This document shows positions 27,756-36,005 of a stretch of DNA of 64,000 bases, one piece after another. A program made the translations under genes and the position numbers. Position 1 is the first letter of the stretch. Every line of letters begins with the position of its first letter. This stretch comes from Methylibium sp. (GTDB taxonomy: Bacteria; Pseudomonadota; Gammaproteobacteria; Burkholderiales; Burkholderiaceae_C), in NCBI GenBank assembly GCA_013824165.1, contig PNNH01000100.1, positions 26,917-90,916 of the forward strand. Reading direction: 5' to 3'. The notes under the pieces are model-generated. The model saw only the letters and a list, made by a program, of their open reading frames with translations, ran no database searches and was not told the origin of the DNA.

Positions 27756-28601
27756 ATGTTCAAGCATCTGACCAGCCTGCTGCACAACGTGCAGCTGTCG
27801 CTGTTTGATGCCGAGACCAGCCCGCCTGCCGCAGAAACGCCGCTCGTGCCGGGCCCGAGTGCCCGGCCGCAGCCGAGCGCGACGCTGCGCGAGTTGTCGC
27901 TGGCGGGCCAGCCTGTCCCGTATGAACTGCGGCGCGCGCGCCGACGCAGCATCGGTTTCAGCGTCAGTGCCGAAGGCCTGCGGGTCAGTGCGCCGCGCTG
28001 GGTGACGCTGGGCGAGATCGAGCGGGTGCTGCACAGCAAGTCCGGCTGGATCTTGCGCAAGCTGGCCGAGCAGCGCGAGCGCGCGCAACGTCTGCATGCG
28101 GCCCGCATCGCCTGGGCCGATGGCTGCAGCCTGCCTTATCTCGGGGCACCGCTGACGGTGCGGCTGGACCCATCGCTGAAGGGCCGGCCGCTGCTGCATG
28201 ACGAGCCTCGGCATTTGCGCCTGGCGCTGCCGCAGGACGCCGGCGCCGAGCAGATGCGCGACGCGGTGCAGGGCTGGTTGCAGCGTGAGGCGCGCAGCCT
28301 GTTCGAGCAGCGCTGCCAGCATTTCGCTGCGGCGCTGGATGTGCGCTACACACGGCTGTCGCTGAGTTCGGCGCAGACCCGCTGGGGCAGCGCCAGCGCC
28401 AGCGGCGCCATCCGGCTGAACTGGCGCCTGATCCACTTCACGCCGCCAGTGATCGACTATGTGGTGGCGCATGAGCTGGCGCATCTGCGCGAGATGAATC
28501 ACAGCGAGCGCTTCTGGGCCGTGGTGGCCTCGGTCGTGCCCGACTACGAACAGGCACGCCGTCGGCTGCGCGACGAGGTGCTGCCGCGCTTTGAGCCCTG
28601 A
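27756..28601 (+). CDS. YgjP-like (DUF45/SprT-like) zinc metallohydrolase
   Basis: The C-terminal motif is YVVAHELAHLREMNHSERFW. The length is typical and an SRRRSIGF segment is present. Confidence 0.8.
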   Translation: MFKHLTSLLHNVQLSLFDAETSPPAAETPLVPGPSARPQPSATLRELSLAGQPVPYELRRARRRSIGFSVSAEGLRVSAPRWVTLGEIERVLHSKSGWILRKLAEQRERAQRLHAARIAWADGCSLPYLGAPLTVRLDPSLKGRPLLHDEPRHLRLALPQDAGAEQMRDAVQGWLQREARSLFEQRCQHFAAALDVRYTRLSLSSAQTRWGSASASGAIRLNWRLIHFTPPVIDYVVAHELAHLREMNHSERFWAVVASVVPDYEQARRRLRDEVLPRFEP

Positions 28602-28800
28602 GCACGGCGCCAGGCCACGCGGCCTGTACTTACCCGCCCCCCTTCAGGGGGGCTTGTGAAGAAATGCAAAGGGCGCGGACACTCCAGCCACTGTCATCAC
28701 GACGCATCCCGGCCGACCCACAAGTCATAGAACTACGGCCTTCGGCGCGCTAGTGGTCCCTCTGGGTTGACCGCCGCTGTCGAGACAGCGATGCATTCAG

Positions 28801-28850
28801 GGAAAACGAAGCCCGCCGCCGTTAGCGTTCTCGCTGACGGCGGCGGCCCC
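28801..28850 (-). terminator. Intrinsic terminator downstream of the MBL-fold hydrolase gene
   Basis: On the minus strand, GGCCGCCGCCGT-cagcgagaacgcta-ACGGCGGCGGGC is followed by TTCGTTTTCC. Confidence 0.65.
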
Positions 28851-28870
28851 TTCAACAGGGCCGGCCCGGC

Positions 28871-29977
28871 TCATGTCCTGAATCGATACACCCCGTCGTC
28901 GCCGCACTCGCGTTGCAAACGCCCTTGCAGCCACAGCGCGTTCAGATGGGCCACGGCTTCGCCCATCGCGAAGGTGGTCTGGTGCAGATCCAGCTTGCGC
29001 TTGAACATCATCTCCAGCAACTCGGCCGCATGGCAGGGCTTGGCCTGGCAGGCCGCCATCACCTCGGCCAGGCGATCCTGATGGTGCTCCAGCAATTGGT
29101 CGACGCGCGCGGGCAGGCCGCGGAAGGGGCGACCATGCGAGGGCAGCACCAGGGTCTCGGGCGCCAGCTCCAGCAGCCGCCGGGTCGATGCGAGATACAG
29201 GCTCAGCGGATCGGCTTCCGGCTCGACATCGACCACCGACACATTGGTGGAGATGCGCGGCAGCAGCATGTCGCCGGAGATCAGCGCCGGCAGGGCTTGG
29301 CCGCTGCTGCTGCTGTTGCTGTTGCCGCCGAAGTCCTCGCAATACAGGCTGATGTGCTCGGGCGCATGGCCGTAGCCGGCGATGCAGCGCCAGCTGCGGC
29401 CGCCGATCTGCAAGACCTGACCCTCCATCAGCCGCCGATAGGCCGAGGGCACGGCCGGCACCATGCTGGGGTAATAGCTGGAGCGCGCGCGGATCTTGGC
29501 GAGCGAGTCTTCGTCTGTCAGCCCGTGGCTGGCGAAGAAGGCCGCAGCGGCTTCGCCGCCCATGCCCACCGTCGAGCCACTAGCCACACGGGCCAGGTTG
29601 TAGTCGGAGCAGCTCATCCATAGCCGAACCTGCCAGCGCTCAGTCAGCCAATGCGCCAGCCCCATATGGTCGGGGTGGAAGTGCGTGACGATCACGCGCA
29701 GCACCGGCAGGCCGTCGAGGTGCTTCTCGAACACCTGCTCCCACAGCGCCTTGGTGGTGTCGGTGCAGATGCCGCAGTCGACGATGCTCCAGCCCTGGAC
29801 CTGGCCGTCTGGGCTGTCGATCTCGTCGCGCAGCAGCCAGAGGTTGATGTGGTCCAGCGCGAAGGGCAGCCCCATGCGCACCCATCGCAGCCCGGGCGCC
29901 ACCTCCAGCACGCCGCCGGGTTCGGGCAGGGCCTCGCCCATCGGGTAGCTCAGTTCGGATTCGCGCGGATTGGCCAT
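28871..29977 (-). CDS. MBL-fold metallo-hydrolase
   Basis: It has the HxHxDH motif (VTHFHPDHMGLAHWL) and later His/Asp ligands (GYGHAPEH, ISGDMLLP). It is divergent from the MerR-family gene. Confidence 0.85.
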   Translation of the reverse strand: MANPRESELSYPMGEALPEPGGVLEVAPGLRWVRMGLPFALDHINLWLLRDEIDSPDGQVQGWSIVDCGICTDTTKALWEQVFEKHLDGLPVLRVIVTHFHPDHMGLAHWLTERWQVRLWMSCSDYNLARVASGSTVGMGGEAAAAFFASHGLTDEDSLAKIRARSSYYPSMVPAVPSAYRRLMEGQVLQIGGRSWRCIAGYGHAPEHISLYCEDFGGNSNSSSSGQALPALISGDMLLPRISTNVSVVDVEPEADPLSLYLASTRRLLELAPETLVLPSHGRPFRGLPARVDQLLEHHQDRLAEVMAACQAKPCHAAELLEMMFKRKLDLHQTTFAMGEAVAHLNALWLQGRLQRECGDDGVYRFRT

Positions 29978-29985
29978 GGCTTTAG

Positions 29986-30008
29986 ACTTACGTTAACGTT
30001 AACGTCAT
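29986..30008. promoter_or_regulatory. MerR/LiuR-type operator in the 49-bp MBL/liuR intergenic region, sitting in a 19-bp promoter spacer
   Basis: ACTTACGTTAACGTTAACGTCAT lies between a -35-like TAGACT (29983-29988) and a -10-like TATTAG (30008-30013). It has the same core as 1112-1137. Confidence 0.6.
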
Positions 30009-30026
30009 ATTAGCCCCAGTCCATCC

Positions 30027-30464
30027 ATGAGCGCCGCCACCCACGCGACACCCGCAGCCGAGGGCGCAGGTCGCCTGTTCACAATCACCGAACTGGCCGC
30101 CGAGTTCGACATCACGCCGCGCGCGATCCGTTTCTACGAGGACATGGGCCTGCTGGAGCCGGCACGTTCCGGCCGCAACCGCGTCTATACGCACCGCGAC
30201 CGCACCCGACTCAAGCTGACACTGCGCGGCAAGCGCCTGGGCTTGTCCTTGCAAGAGGTCAAGCAGCTGGTCGATATGTACGACTCCGAATCGGACGCGG
30301 TGCCGCAGCTCAAGGCCTTTCTCGAAGTGCTGCGCCAGCACCGCCGGCAGCTGCAGCAGCAGCTTGACGACATCGAGGTCACGCTGGCCGAGATTGCGCA
30401 GCATGAAGAGCGCTGCGAGAACCTGATCAGCGAGGCCCTGACGGGCAATCCCGCCAAGGTGTGA
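30027..30464 (+). CDS. liuR: MerR-family transcriptional regulator, LiuR-like
   Basis: The N-terminal wHTH reads FTITELAAEFDITPRAIRFYEDMGLLEPARSGRNRVYTHRDRTRLKLTLRGKRLGLSLQEVKQLVDMYD, followed by a coiled-coil dimerisation helix. The symbol rests on my recollection of LiuR sequences and is not verified. Confidence 0.75.
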   Translation: MSAATHATPAAEGAGRLFTITELAAEFDITPRAIRFYEDMGLLEPARSGRNRVYTHRDRTRLKLTLRGKRLGLSLQEVKQLVDMYDSESDAVPQLKAFLEVLRQHRRQLQQQLDDIEVTLAEIAQHEERCENLISEALTGNPAKV

Positions 30465-30544
30465 TGTTGGTCTGACGCGAGACGCGCAACTATCGCATCA
30501 CTCGGCGCCTAAACTGCCTGCACAACAGCAAGGGGGAGTGCCGC

Positions 30545-31759
30545 GTGACAGAGATCTCGGCGCGGGGAGCCGCGAGCCGATTGCAGCGCGAGCTGGAGGA
30601 AGGTGCACTCAAGACGGAGTTGTTCGGCACAGCGCCTGCTGCCGAGGCTGATGCGCCGGCTGTGCCTGCGCCTGAGACCTATCTCGCCCACCTGGAGTTC
30701 ACCGGCCGCGGCGCCGAGTATTTCCGCATCTGGGTGGTCAATCTGCTGCTGACCCTGCTGACGCTGGGCGTCTACTCCGCCTGGGCCAAGGTGCGCAAGG
30801 CGCGCTGGTTCGCCCGCCACACCCGGCTGATGGGCGATGCCTTCGACTACCACGGCGACCCCTTGCGCATCTTGCTGGGGCGGGTGCTGGGCCTCGCGCT
30901 GCTGCTGGGCTACAGCTATGCCTTTCTGTGGTCCACCACCGCGGGTCTGCTGATGTTCGGCCTGCTGTATGCGGCCGGGCCGCTGCTGTTTGCCAGCGCG
31001 CAGCGTTTCAGGCTGGGCAACACCAGTTGGCGCGGCCTGCGCTTTGGCTTCGATGCGCCCTGGCAGGCGGTCTACAAGGTCTGCCTGCCGCTGCTGATTC
31101 TCTGGACCGTCAGCACCCTGGTGATCGAGTTGGAGCTGGGCAACGCGGCGATGTGGGCCAGCCTGGCTCTGACCGCGCTGGGCCTGCCCTGGGCGCATGC
31201 GCGCCTGAAGCAGCTGCAGCACGCGCATGCCCGCTACGGCGACCAGACCTTCAGCTTTGCGCCTGCGCAGGCCCAGTTCTACGGCCTGTATGCCGCCGCC
31301 TTCGGTCTGCTGCTGCTGGGCGGCTTGCTGGCTGGGCTGATCGTCGGCCTGATTGCCTTCGTGGGTGGTGCGCAATGGGCCAAAGGTGCCGTGTCGCAGG
31401 TGCTGACGGGATTTGGGGTGATGCTGATTCTCTGGCTCGTCATCTGGCCCTACTTTGCCGCACGCACCCAGCGCATCGTCTGGGGCCACACCCGGCTGGG
31501 CGATATCGACTTCGCTGGCGAGATGCAGGCCGGCCCACTGTGGAGGCTGGCGCTCAAGCAGACCCTGCTGGTGCTGCTGACGGCGGGCCTGTCCTGGCCC
31601 TTTGCCGCGGTGGCGCTGGCGCGCTACCGCGTGCAGGCCATCGCGCTGCGCGCTAGCCAGCCACTTGAGGGCGTGGTGATCGTCGCCGCTGCCGCTTCTG
31701 ACAAAGGCGCAGCCGGTGATGCCAGCGCCGATCTGTTCGGACTGGATCTGGGATGGTGA
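30545..31759 (+). CDS. DUF898 (YjgN-family) polytopic membrane protein
   Basis: GTG 30545 is preceded by GGGGGAG. The protein has the FTGRGAEYFRIWVVNLLLTLLTLGVYSAWAKVRKARWF motif and a repeated half (FAGEMQAGPLWRLALKQTLLVLLTAGLSWPFAAV). Confidence 0.8.
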   Translation: MTEISARGAASRLQRELEEGALKTELFGTAPAAEADAPAVPAPETYLAHLEFTGRGAEYFRIWVVNLLLTLLTLGVYSAWAKVRKARWFARHTRLMGDAFDYHGDPLRILLGRVLGLALLLGYSYAFLWSTTAGLLMFGLLYAAGPLLFASAQRFRLGNTSWRGLRFGFDAPWQAVYKVCLPLLILWTVSTLVIELELGNAAMWASLALTALGLPWAHARLKQLQHAHARYGDQTFSFAPAQAQFYGLYAAAFGLLLLGGLLAGLIVGLIAFVGGAQWAKGAVSQVLTGFGVMLILWLVIWPYFAARTQRIVWGHTRLGDIDFAGEMQAGPLWRLALKQTLLVLLTAGLSWPFAAVALARYRVQAIALRASQPLEGVVIVAAAASDKGAAGDASADLFGLDLGW

Positions 31760-32811
31760 GCCTCGCGATGACGAACAAGCCGATGACGCTGACAGCGCTG
31801 CCCGCCACCTGGTTTGATGGCCGCAGCAGCCGCCGACATGCGGTGCAGCTGCTGGTCGAGGCGCAGACCCTGGTGATGCAGCCGCTCGATTCCGGCATGG
31901 CCGTGCAGCACCATGCGTTGGCAGACCTGCGCCTGAGCGAAGCCTGGCCGGACAGCGCCTGGCCGCTGGATCTGCCCGATGGCGGCCGCCTGTGGCTTGA
32001 CGCAACGACGGCCGCGGCGCTGGCTCCAAAGCTGCCACAACGGCGGGCTGGGCTGGCACAACGGCTCAGTGCCTCCTGGGCTGGCGCGATGGCCTGTCTG
32101 GTCTGCCTGCTCGCGCTGCTGGTCTGGTTTGATCGTCAGGGGGCCGGCCTGGCGGCTGAAGGCCTGCTGGGCCTGATGCCGCGCTCGGTGGACCACAAGG
32201 TGGGCGAGCTGGTCGAGGCCAAGTACGGGCAATTTGGCTTTGTTGCCTCGACCCTTCCCATGGAGCGGCAACGCCGCCTGCGCGCCCGCTTTGCCGAGGC
32301 TGCCGAACAGGCCGCGCCCGGCGTGGCGGTGAAGCTGGACTTCTTGCGGGAGAGCAAGAAGGAGGCCGGCTTCAACGCCTTTGCCCTGCCGCATGGCGGT
32401 ATCGTGGTGTTCGATGGCTTGGCGCAAAGCCTCAGCGACGATGAGTTGATGGCGGTGCTCGGCCATGAGCTGGGCCATGTGGTGCACCGGCATGGCATGC
32501 AAAACGTGTTGCGCAGCTTCGGCCTCTTCTCGGTGGCTGGTGTGGTGCTGAGCGACTTTTCAACCGTGGCCGCAACGATTGCCGCCACCTTGCAGGGCAT
32601 GCGCTACGGCCGTGATGCCGAGCGCGAGGCCGACGCCTATGCGCGCCGCTTCATCGCCCAGCAGAGCCTGCCGCCGCAGACGCTGGCGGCGGTCTGGCTG
32701 AAGTTCAAGGCCGAGGAGCGCCGGCTGGGTGTGAGCGGGATTCCGGACTGGCTGTCCACCCACCCGGGCACTGACGAACGTCTGGCCACCGAGCAGGCCG
32801 GCCAACGCTGA
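31753..32811 (+). CDS. M48-family zinc metallopeptidase with N-terminal cytoplasmic domain and TM anchor
   Basis: It has HELGHVVHRH and a downstream READAY motif. The start overlaps the DUF898 stop (ATGGTGA at 31753-31759). Confidence 0.85.
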   Translation: MVSLAMTNKPMTLTALPATWFDGRSSRRHAVQLLVEAQTLVMQPLDSGMAVQHHALADLRLSEAWPDSAWPLDLPDGGRLWLDATTAAALAPKLPQRRAGLAQRLSASWAGAMACLVCLLALLVWFDRQGAGLAAEGLLGLMPRSVDHKVGELVEAKYGQFGFVASTLPMERQRRLRARFAEAAEQAAPGVAVKLDFLRESKKEAGFNAFALPHGGIVVFDGLAQSLSDDELMAVLGHELGHVVHRHGMQNVLRSFGLFSVAGVVLSDFSTVAATIAATLQGMRYGRDAEREADAYARRFIAQQSLPPQTLAAVWLKFKAEERRLGVSGIPDWLSTHPGTDERLATEQAGQR

Positions 32812-32830
32812 GCGCACGCCCCGTCGAGCC

Positions 32831-33502
32831 TCAGTTCTTTGCGCCCAGCACCTGCTGCAGGAAGGCGCTGAGGTCGTCGATTTCCTGCTCGCAGACCTCA
32901 TGTCCCATCGGATAGTCCTGCCATTGCAGCCCGTATCCCAGGCGCAGCAGCTCGGCGCGGGCGGCCTCGGCGCGCGCCGGCGCCACGATCTGGTCGTTGC
33001 GGCCATGCGCCAGAAAGATCGGGGTGTGCTGGTTGGCGGCATGGCGCTCGGCCTCGGTCAGCGCCAGCAGCGGCAGATAGCCTGACAGCCCCACCAGCGC
33101 GCCCAAGCGCTGCGGCAGCCGCAGCCCCGTCAGCAGCGTCATCGCGCAGCCCTGCGAGAAGCCCATCAGCACGATGCGCTCGGCTGGAATTCCGCGTTCG
33201 ATCTCGCGCGCGATCAGCGCCTCAATGGCCTGCTGCGAAGCCCGCAGCCCGGCTTCATCCTCTTCGCGGCCCAGGTTGGTGTGGCGGATATCGAACCAGG
33301 CGCGCATCGCATGGCCGCCGTTGAGGGTCACCGGCATGACCGGCGCGCTGGGCAGCACGCAGCGCAGCCCACCCAGCGCCGCCAGATCCAGCGCTTGGCA
33401 GACCGGCACGAAATCGTGGCCGTCGGCGCCCAGGCCATGAAGGACGATGAGACTGGCGCGCGGCTCGGCCTCGGTCTGCAGTTCGATGAGTTCGAGTTCC
33501 AT
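32831..33502 (-). CDS. Alpha/beta-fold carboxylesterase / phospholipase (YpfH/Est-like)
   Basis: It contains LIVLHGLGADGHDF, the nucleophile elbow GFSQGCAM, and a catalytic His near the C-terminus (YPMGHEV). Confidence 0.85.
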   Translation of the reverse strand: MELELIELQTEAEPRASLIVLHGLGADGHDFVPVCQALDLAALGGLRCVLPSAPVMPVTLNGGHAMRAWFDIRHTNLGREEDEAGLRASQQAIEALIAREIERGIPAERIVLMGFSQGCAMTLLTGLRLPQRLGALVGLSGYLPLLALTEAERHAANQHTPIFLAHGRNDQIVAPARAEAARAELLRLGYGLQWQDYPMGHEVCEQEIDDLSAFLQQVLGAKN

Positions 33503-33564
33503 GGAGCGGATGCTAGCTAGACTTTGGCGCTTCTGCCGGAGCGTCCGGCAAAGGGAGTCAGTTC

Positions 33565-34659
33565 TTGAGCAAGCCCGTCACTCTGGACGACCTGCGCCGC
33601 CATGCGGTGGCGCGCAGCCTGTTCACGCCGACCACGCTGCCGCAGGCGATCCGGCGCCTGGGCTTTGTGCAGGCCGACCCGATCCGCGCGCCGGCGCGGG
33701 CACAGGACCTGACGCTGCGGTTGCGCGTCCAAGACTACCGTGCCGGCGATCTCGAACAACGCTATCCGCGTCTGCGGGTGGATGAGGACTATTTGGTCAA
33801 TTACGGATTTCTGCCGCGTGAACATCTGGCGCTGATGCATCCGCGCGGCGCCCGCCGAGACTGGGATGCCGCAACCCGCCAGCGTGCGGCTGCAGTGCTG
33901 GACTTTGTGCGTGAGCGTGGCGAGGCCGGTCCGCGCGAGGTGCAGGCCAGCTTCGACCATGGCTGCACGCGCAATGCCTGGGGCGGCAGCTCGAACGCTG
34001 TCACCCATCTGCTGGACGGTATGCACTACCGAGGCCTCTTGCGCGTGGCGCGGCGCGTCAACGGCCTGCGCGTCTACGCGCCGGTGCGCCATGAGCCTGA
34101 CGAGCGCAGTGATGCGCAGAAGACCGATGCGCTGATCGATCTGGTGCTGGCCAAATATGCGCCGCTGCCGGCGCGCAGCCTGGGTCAGCTGTGCAGCCAC
34201 TTGGCCTATGGCGCACCGCATCTGCGTGCCGAGATGAAGCGGGCACAGCAGCGCGCCCGCGAACGCCTGCCGCAGGTCGAGCTCGATGGCCTGCGCTGGT
34301 TCTGGCCGCCCGGCGAGAACCCGGCGGCCAAGCGCTGGCAGTTTGATGAGCAGCTTCGCCTGCTGGCGCCCTTCGACCCTATCGTCTGGGACCGGCTGCG
34401 CTTCGAGCAGCTGTGGGGTTGGGCCTACCGCTTCGAGGCCTACACGCCTGCGCCCAAGCGCAAGCTGGGCTATTACGCGCTGCCGTTGCTATGGCGCGGC
34501 CAGGTGCTGGGCTGGGGCAATCTGTCGGTTGCAGACGGGCGGCTGCAGGCCAAGCTGGGCTATGTGGCCGGGCGGCCACCGCGTGAGGCGGGCTTTGCCG
34601 CGGCACTGGAGGCTGAGGTGGCGCGGATCGGCGACTTTCTATGTCTGAGGTCCGACTGA
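33565..34659 (+). CDS. YcaQ/AlkZ-like winged-helix DNA glycosylase family protein
   Basis: The protein contains LGFVQADPIRAPARAQDLTLRLRV, YRFEAYTPAPKRKLGYYALPLLW and GWGNL. TTG start 33565 has an AGGGAG SD. Confidence 0.75.
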   Translation: MSKPVTLDDLRRHAVARSLFTPTTLPQAIRRLGFVQADPIRAPARAQDLTLRLRVQDYRAGDLEQRYPRLRVDEDYLVNYGFLPREHLALMHPRGARRDWDAATRQRAAAVLDFVRERGEAGPREVQASFDHGCTRNAWGGSSNAVTHLLDGMHYRGLLRVARRVNGLRVYAPVRHEPDERSDAQKTDALIDLVLAKYAPLPARSLGQLCSHLAYGAPHLRAEMKRAQQRARERLPQVELDGLRWFWPPGENPAAKRWQFDEQLRLLAPFDPIVWDRLRFEQLWGWAYRFEAYTPAPKRKLGYYALPLLWRGQVLGWGNLSVADGRLQAKLGYVAGRPPREAGFAAALEAEVARIGDFLCLRSD

Positions 34660-34664
34660 AGCGG

Positions 34665-35012
34665 CTAGAGCACGATATGCAGCCCATGCAGAGCGCGGGC
34701 GCGCTGGCATTTGTCATCGCCGACCTGCAGCTCTCGGCAGGGCGGCGGGCGATCGGCATAGACGCTGCAGGCGATCGGGCCGCCGATCTCCCCCTGCAGC
34801 GCCACGCAACGCGGCGCGGGGCTGTTGCTGCCTCGCATGCAGCTGAGATGGGGTGTCAGCTGCTCGGTGAGCGACGGTGGCAGTCCTGGTGCTTCTGCCC
34901 AGTAGAACGAGACCCTGAAGGAGGCGCAGCAGGCGCCGCAGCTTAGGCAAGGGTTGGGTGACTCTGTGGCGGAAGACTGGTGTGCCGGGGACGTAGCGCT
35001 CATCGTTTGCAT
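34665..35012 (-). CDS. YkgJ-family Cys-cluster (Fe-S/Zn) protein
   Basis: It has CLSCGACCASFRVSF and later C...C motifs. Only the last ~115 codons of the 396-aa track ORF look genuine. Start is ATG 35012 or 35003. Confidence 0.7.
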   Translation of the reverse strand: MQTMSATSPAHQSSATESPNPCLSCGACCASFRVSFYWAEAPGLPPSLTEQLTPHLSCMRGSNSPAPRCVALQGEIGGPIACSVYADRPPPCRELQVGDDKCQRARALHGLHIVL

Positions 35013-35231
35013 CAGGCCAGGCGACAAGTTGTGTCTTTCGTGCGCGCGAGGGCGCGGCCGGGATGACATTGTGCCGAACGTGATCCAGCACAGGAGTGCT
35101 GCCGGCGCGCCGCCGGGACCGGGCTGCAGCGCAGCGGTAAGACGGGTGAGCACTTGTATCGGAGCGAACCATGGCGTCGCCACCCGCCCCACAATCGCGG
35201 GCCCTAACCCAGGCCGACAGCGGCCTCCGCC

Positions 35232-35816
35232 ATGCGCCCGTTTCTGCATCACCCATCCAGTCGACTTCCAGGCCTGATGCTCTGCACCGCCTTGCTCTTG
35301 CAGGGCTGCGGTGGCGGCGGTGGCGCTGATCAGCAATCCGATGCAGCGCCTGCGCCCAGCCCAAGCCCGGCGCAGGCGCCTGTTGCAGACTGTGGCCTGC
35401 CCGACTTTCAGCCCACGCTGCTGAGGCTGGTCAATGAGCACCGTGCGCGGGGGGCGGTCTGCGGTGCGCAAAGCCTGCCGGCGGCTCCCGTGCTGCGCTG
35501 GAACACTGCGCTGGCGAACGCAGCGCAGCGTCATTCGCAGGACATGGCGGATCGAGGCTTCTTCGATCATCAGGGCTCGGATGGCAGCCACGCGGGCCAG
35601 CGCATCACTGCCAGCGGCTATGCCTGGTCCACCTGGGGCGAGAACATCGCAACCGGCCAGCGCAGCGCCGACGCGCTGATCCGGGCCTGGATGCAGAGCG
35701 AGGGGCACTGTCGCAATATCATGGCGCCGCGCTACCAGGAGATGGGCTTGTCCTGCGTGACGCCCGCCAATTCGCCAAGCGGGGCCTTGTGGACACAGGT
35801 GCTGGCTGCGCCGTAG
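35232..35816 (+). CDS. CAP/SCP (PR-1-like) domain lipoprotein
   Basis: It has a lipobox LLLQGC, then LVNEHRARGAVCG...LANAAQRHSQDMADRGFFDHQGSDGS...GENIATG...WMQSEGHCRNIM. Confidence 0.8.
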   Translation: MRPFLHHPSSRLPGLMLCTALLLQGCGGGGGADQQSDAAPAPSPSPAQAPVADCGLPDFQPTLLRLVNEHRARGAVCGAQSLPAAPVLRWNTALANAAQRHSQDMADRGFFDHQGSDGSHAGQRITASGYAWSTWGENIATGQRSADALIRAWMQSEGHCRNIMAPRYQEMGLSCVTPANSPSGALWTQVLAAP

Positions 35817-36005
35817 AAGCAGGGCAGCCAGACTGCGCAGTCGCCAGAGGTGCATCGGACAGATCGCACACCTGGCACACAGAATGGGCCCCGGCCTGGG
35901 CGCAGGCTTGCGGCTGCAGCGCCGCGAGCACGTCGCCGATTGCCACCCCCGGTGCGCCGGCCCTCGCTTTTGGCGTGCTCGGAGGGCGAGCGGTCCCCTG
36001 TCGCA

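Noticed and set aside
35013-35855. The N-terminal ~280 codons of the 396-aa minus-strand ORF ending at 34665.
   Set aside because: Only the last ~115 codons resemble a known family (the YkgJ Cys cluster). The rest overlaps the CAP-domain gene on the plus strand and has antisense-type composition.
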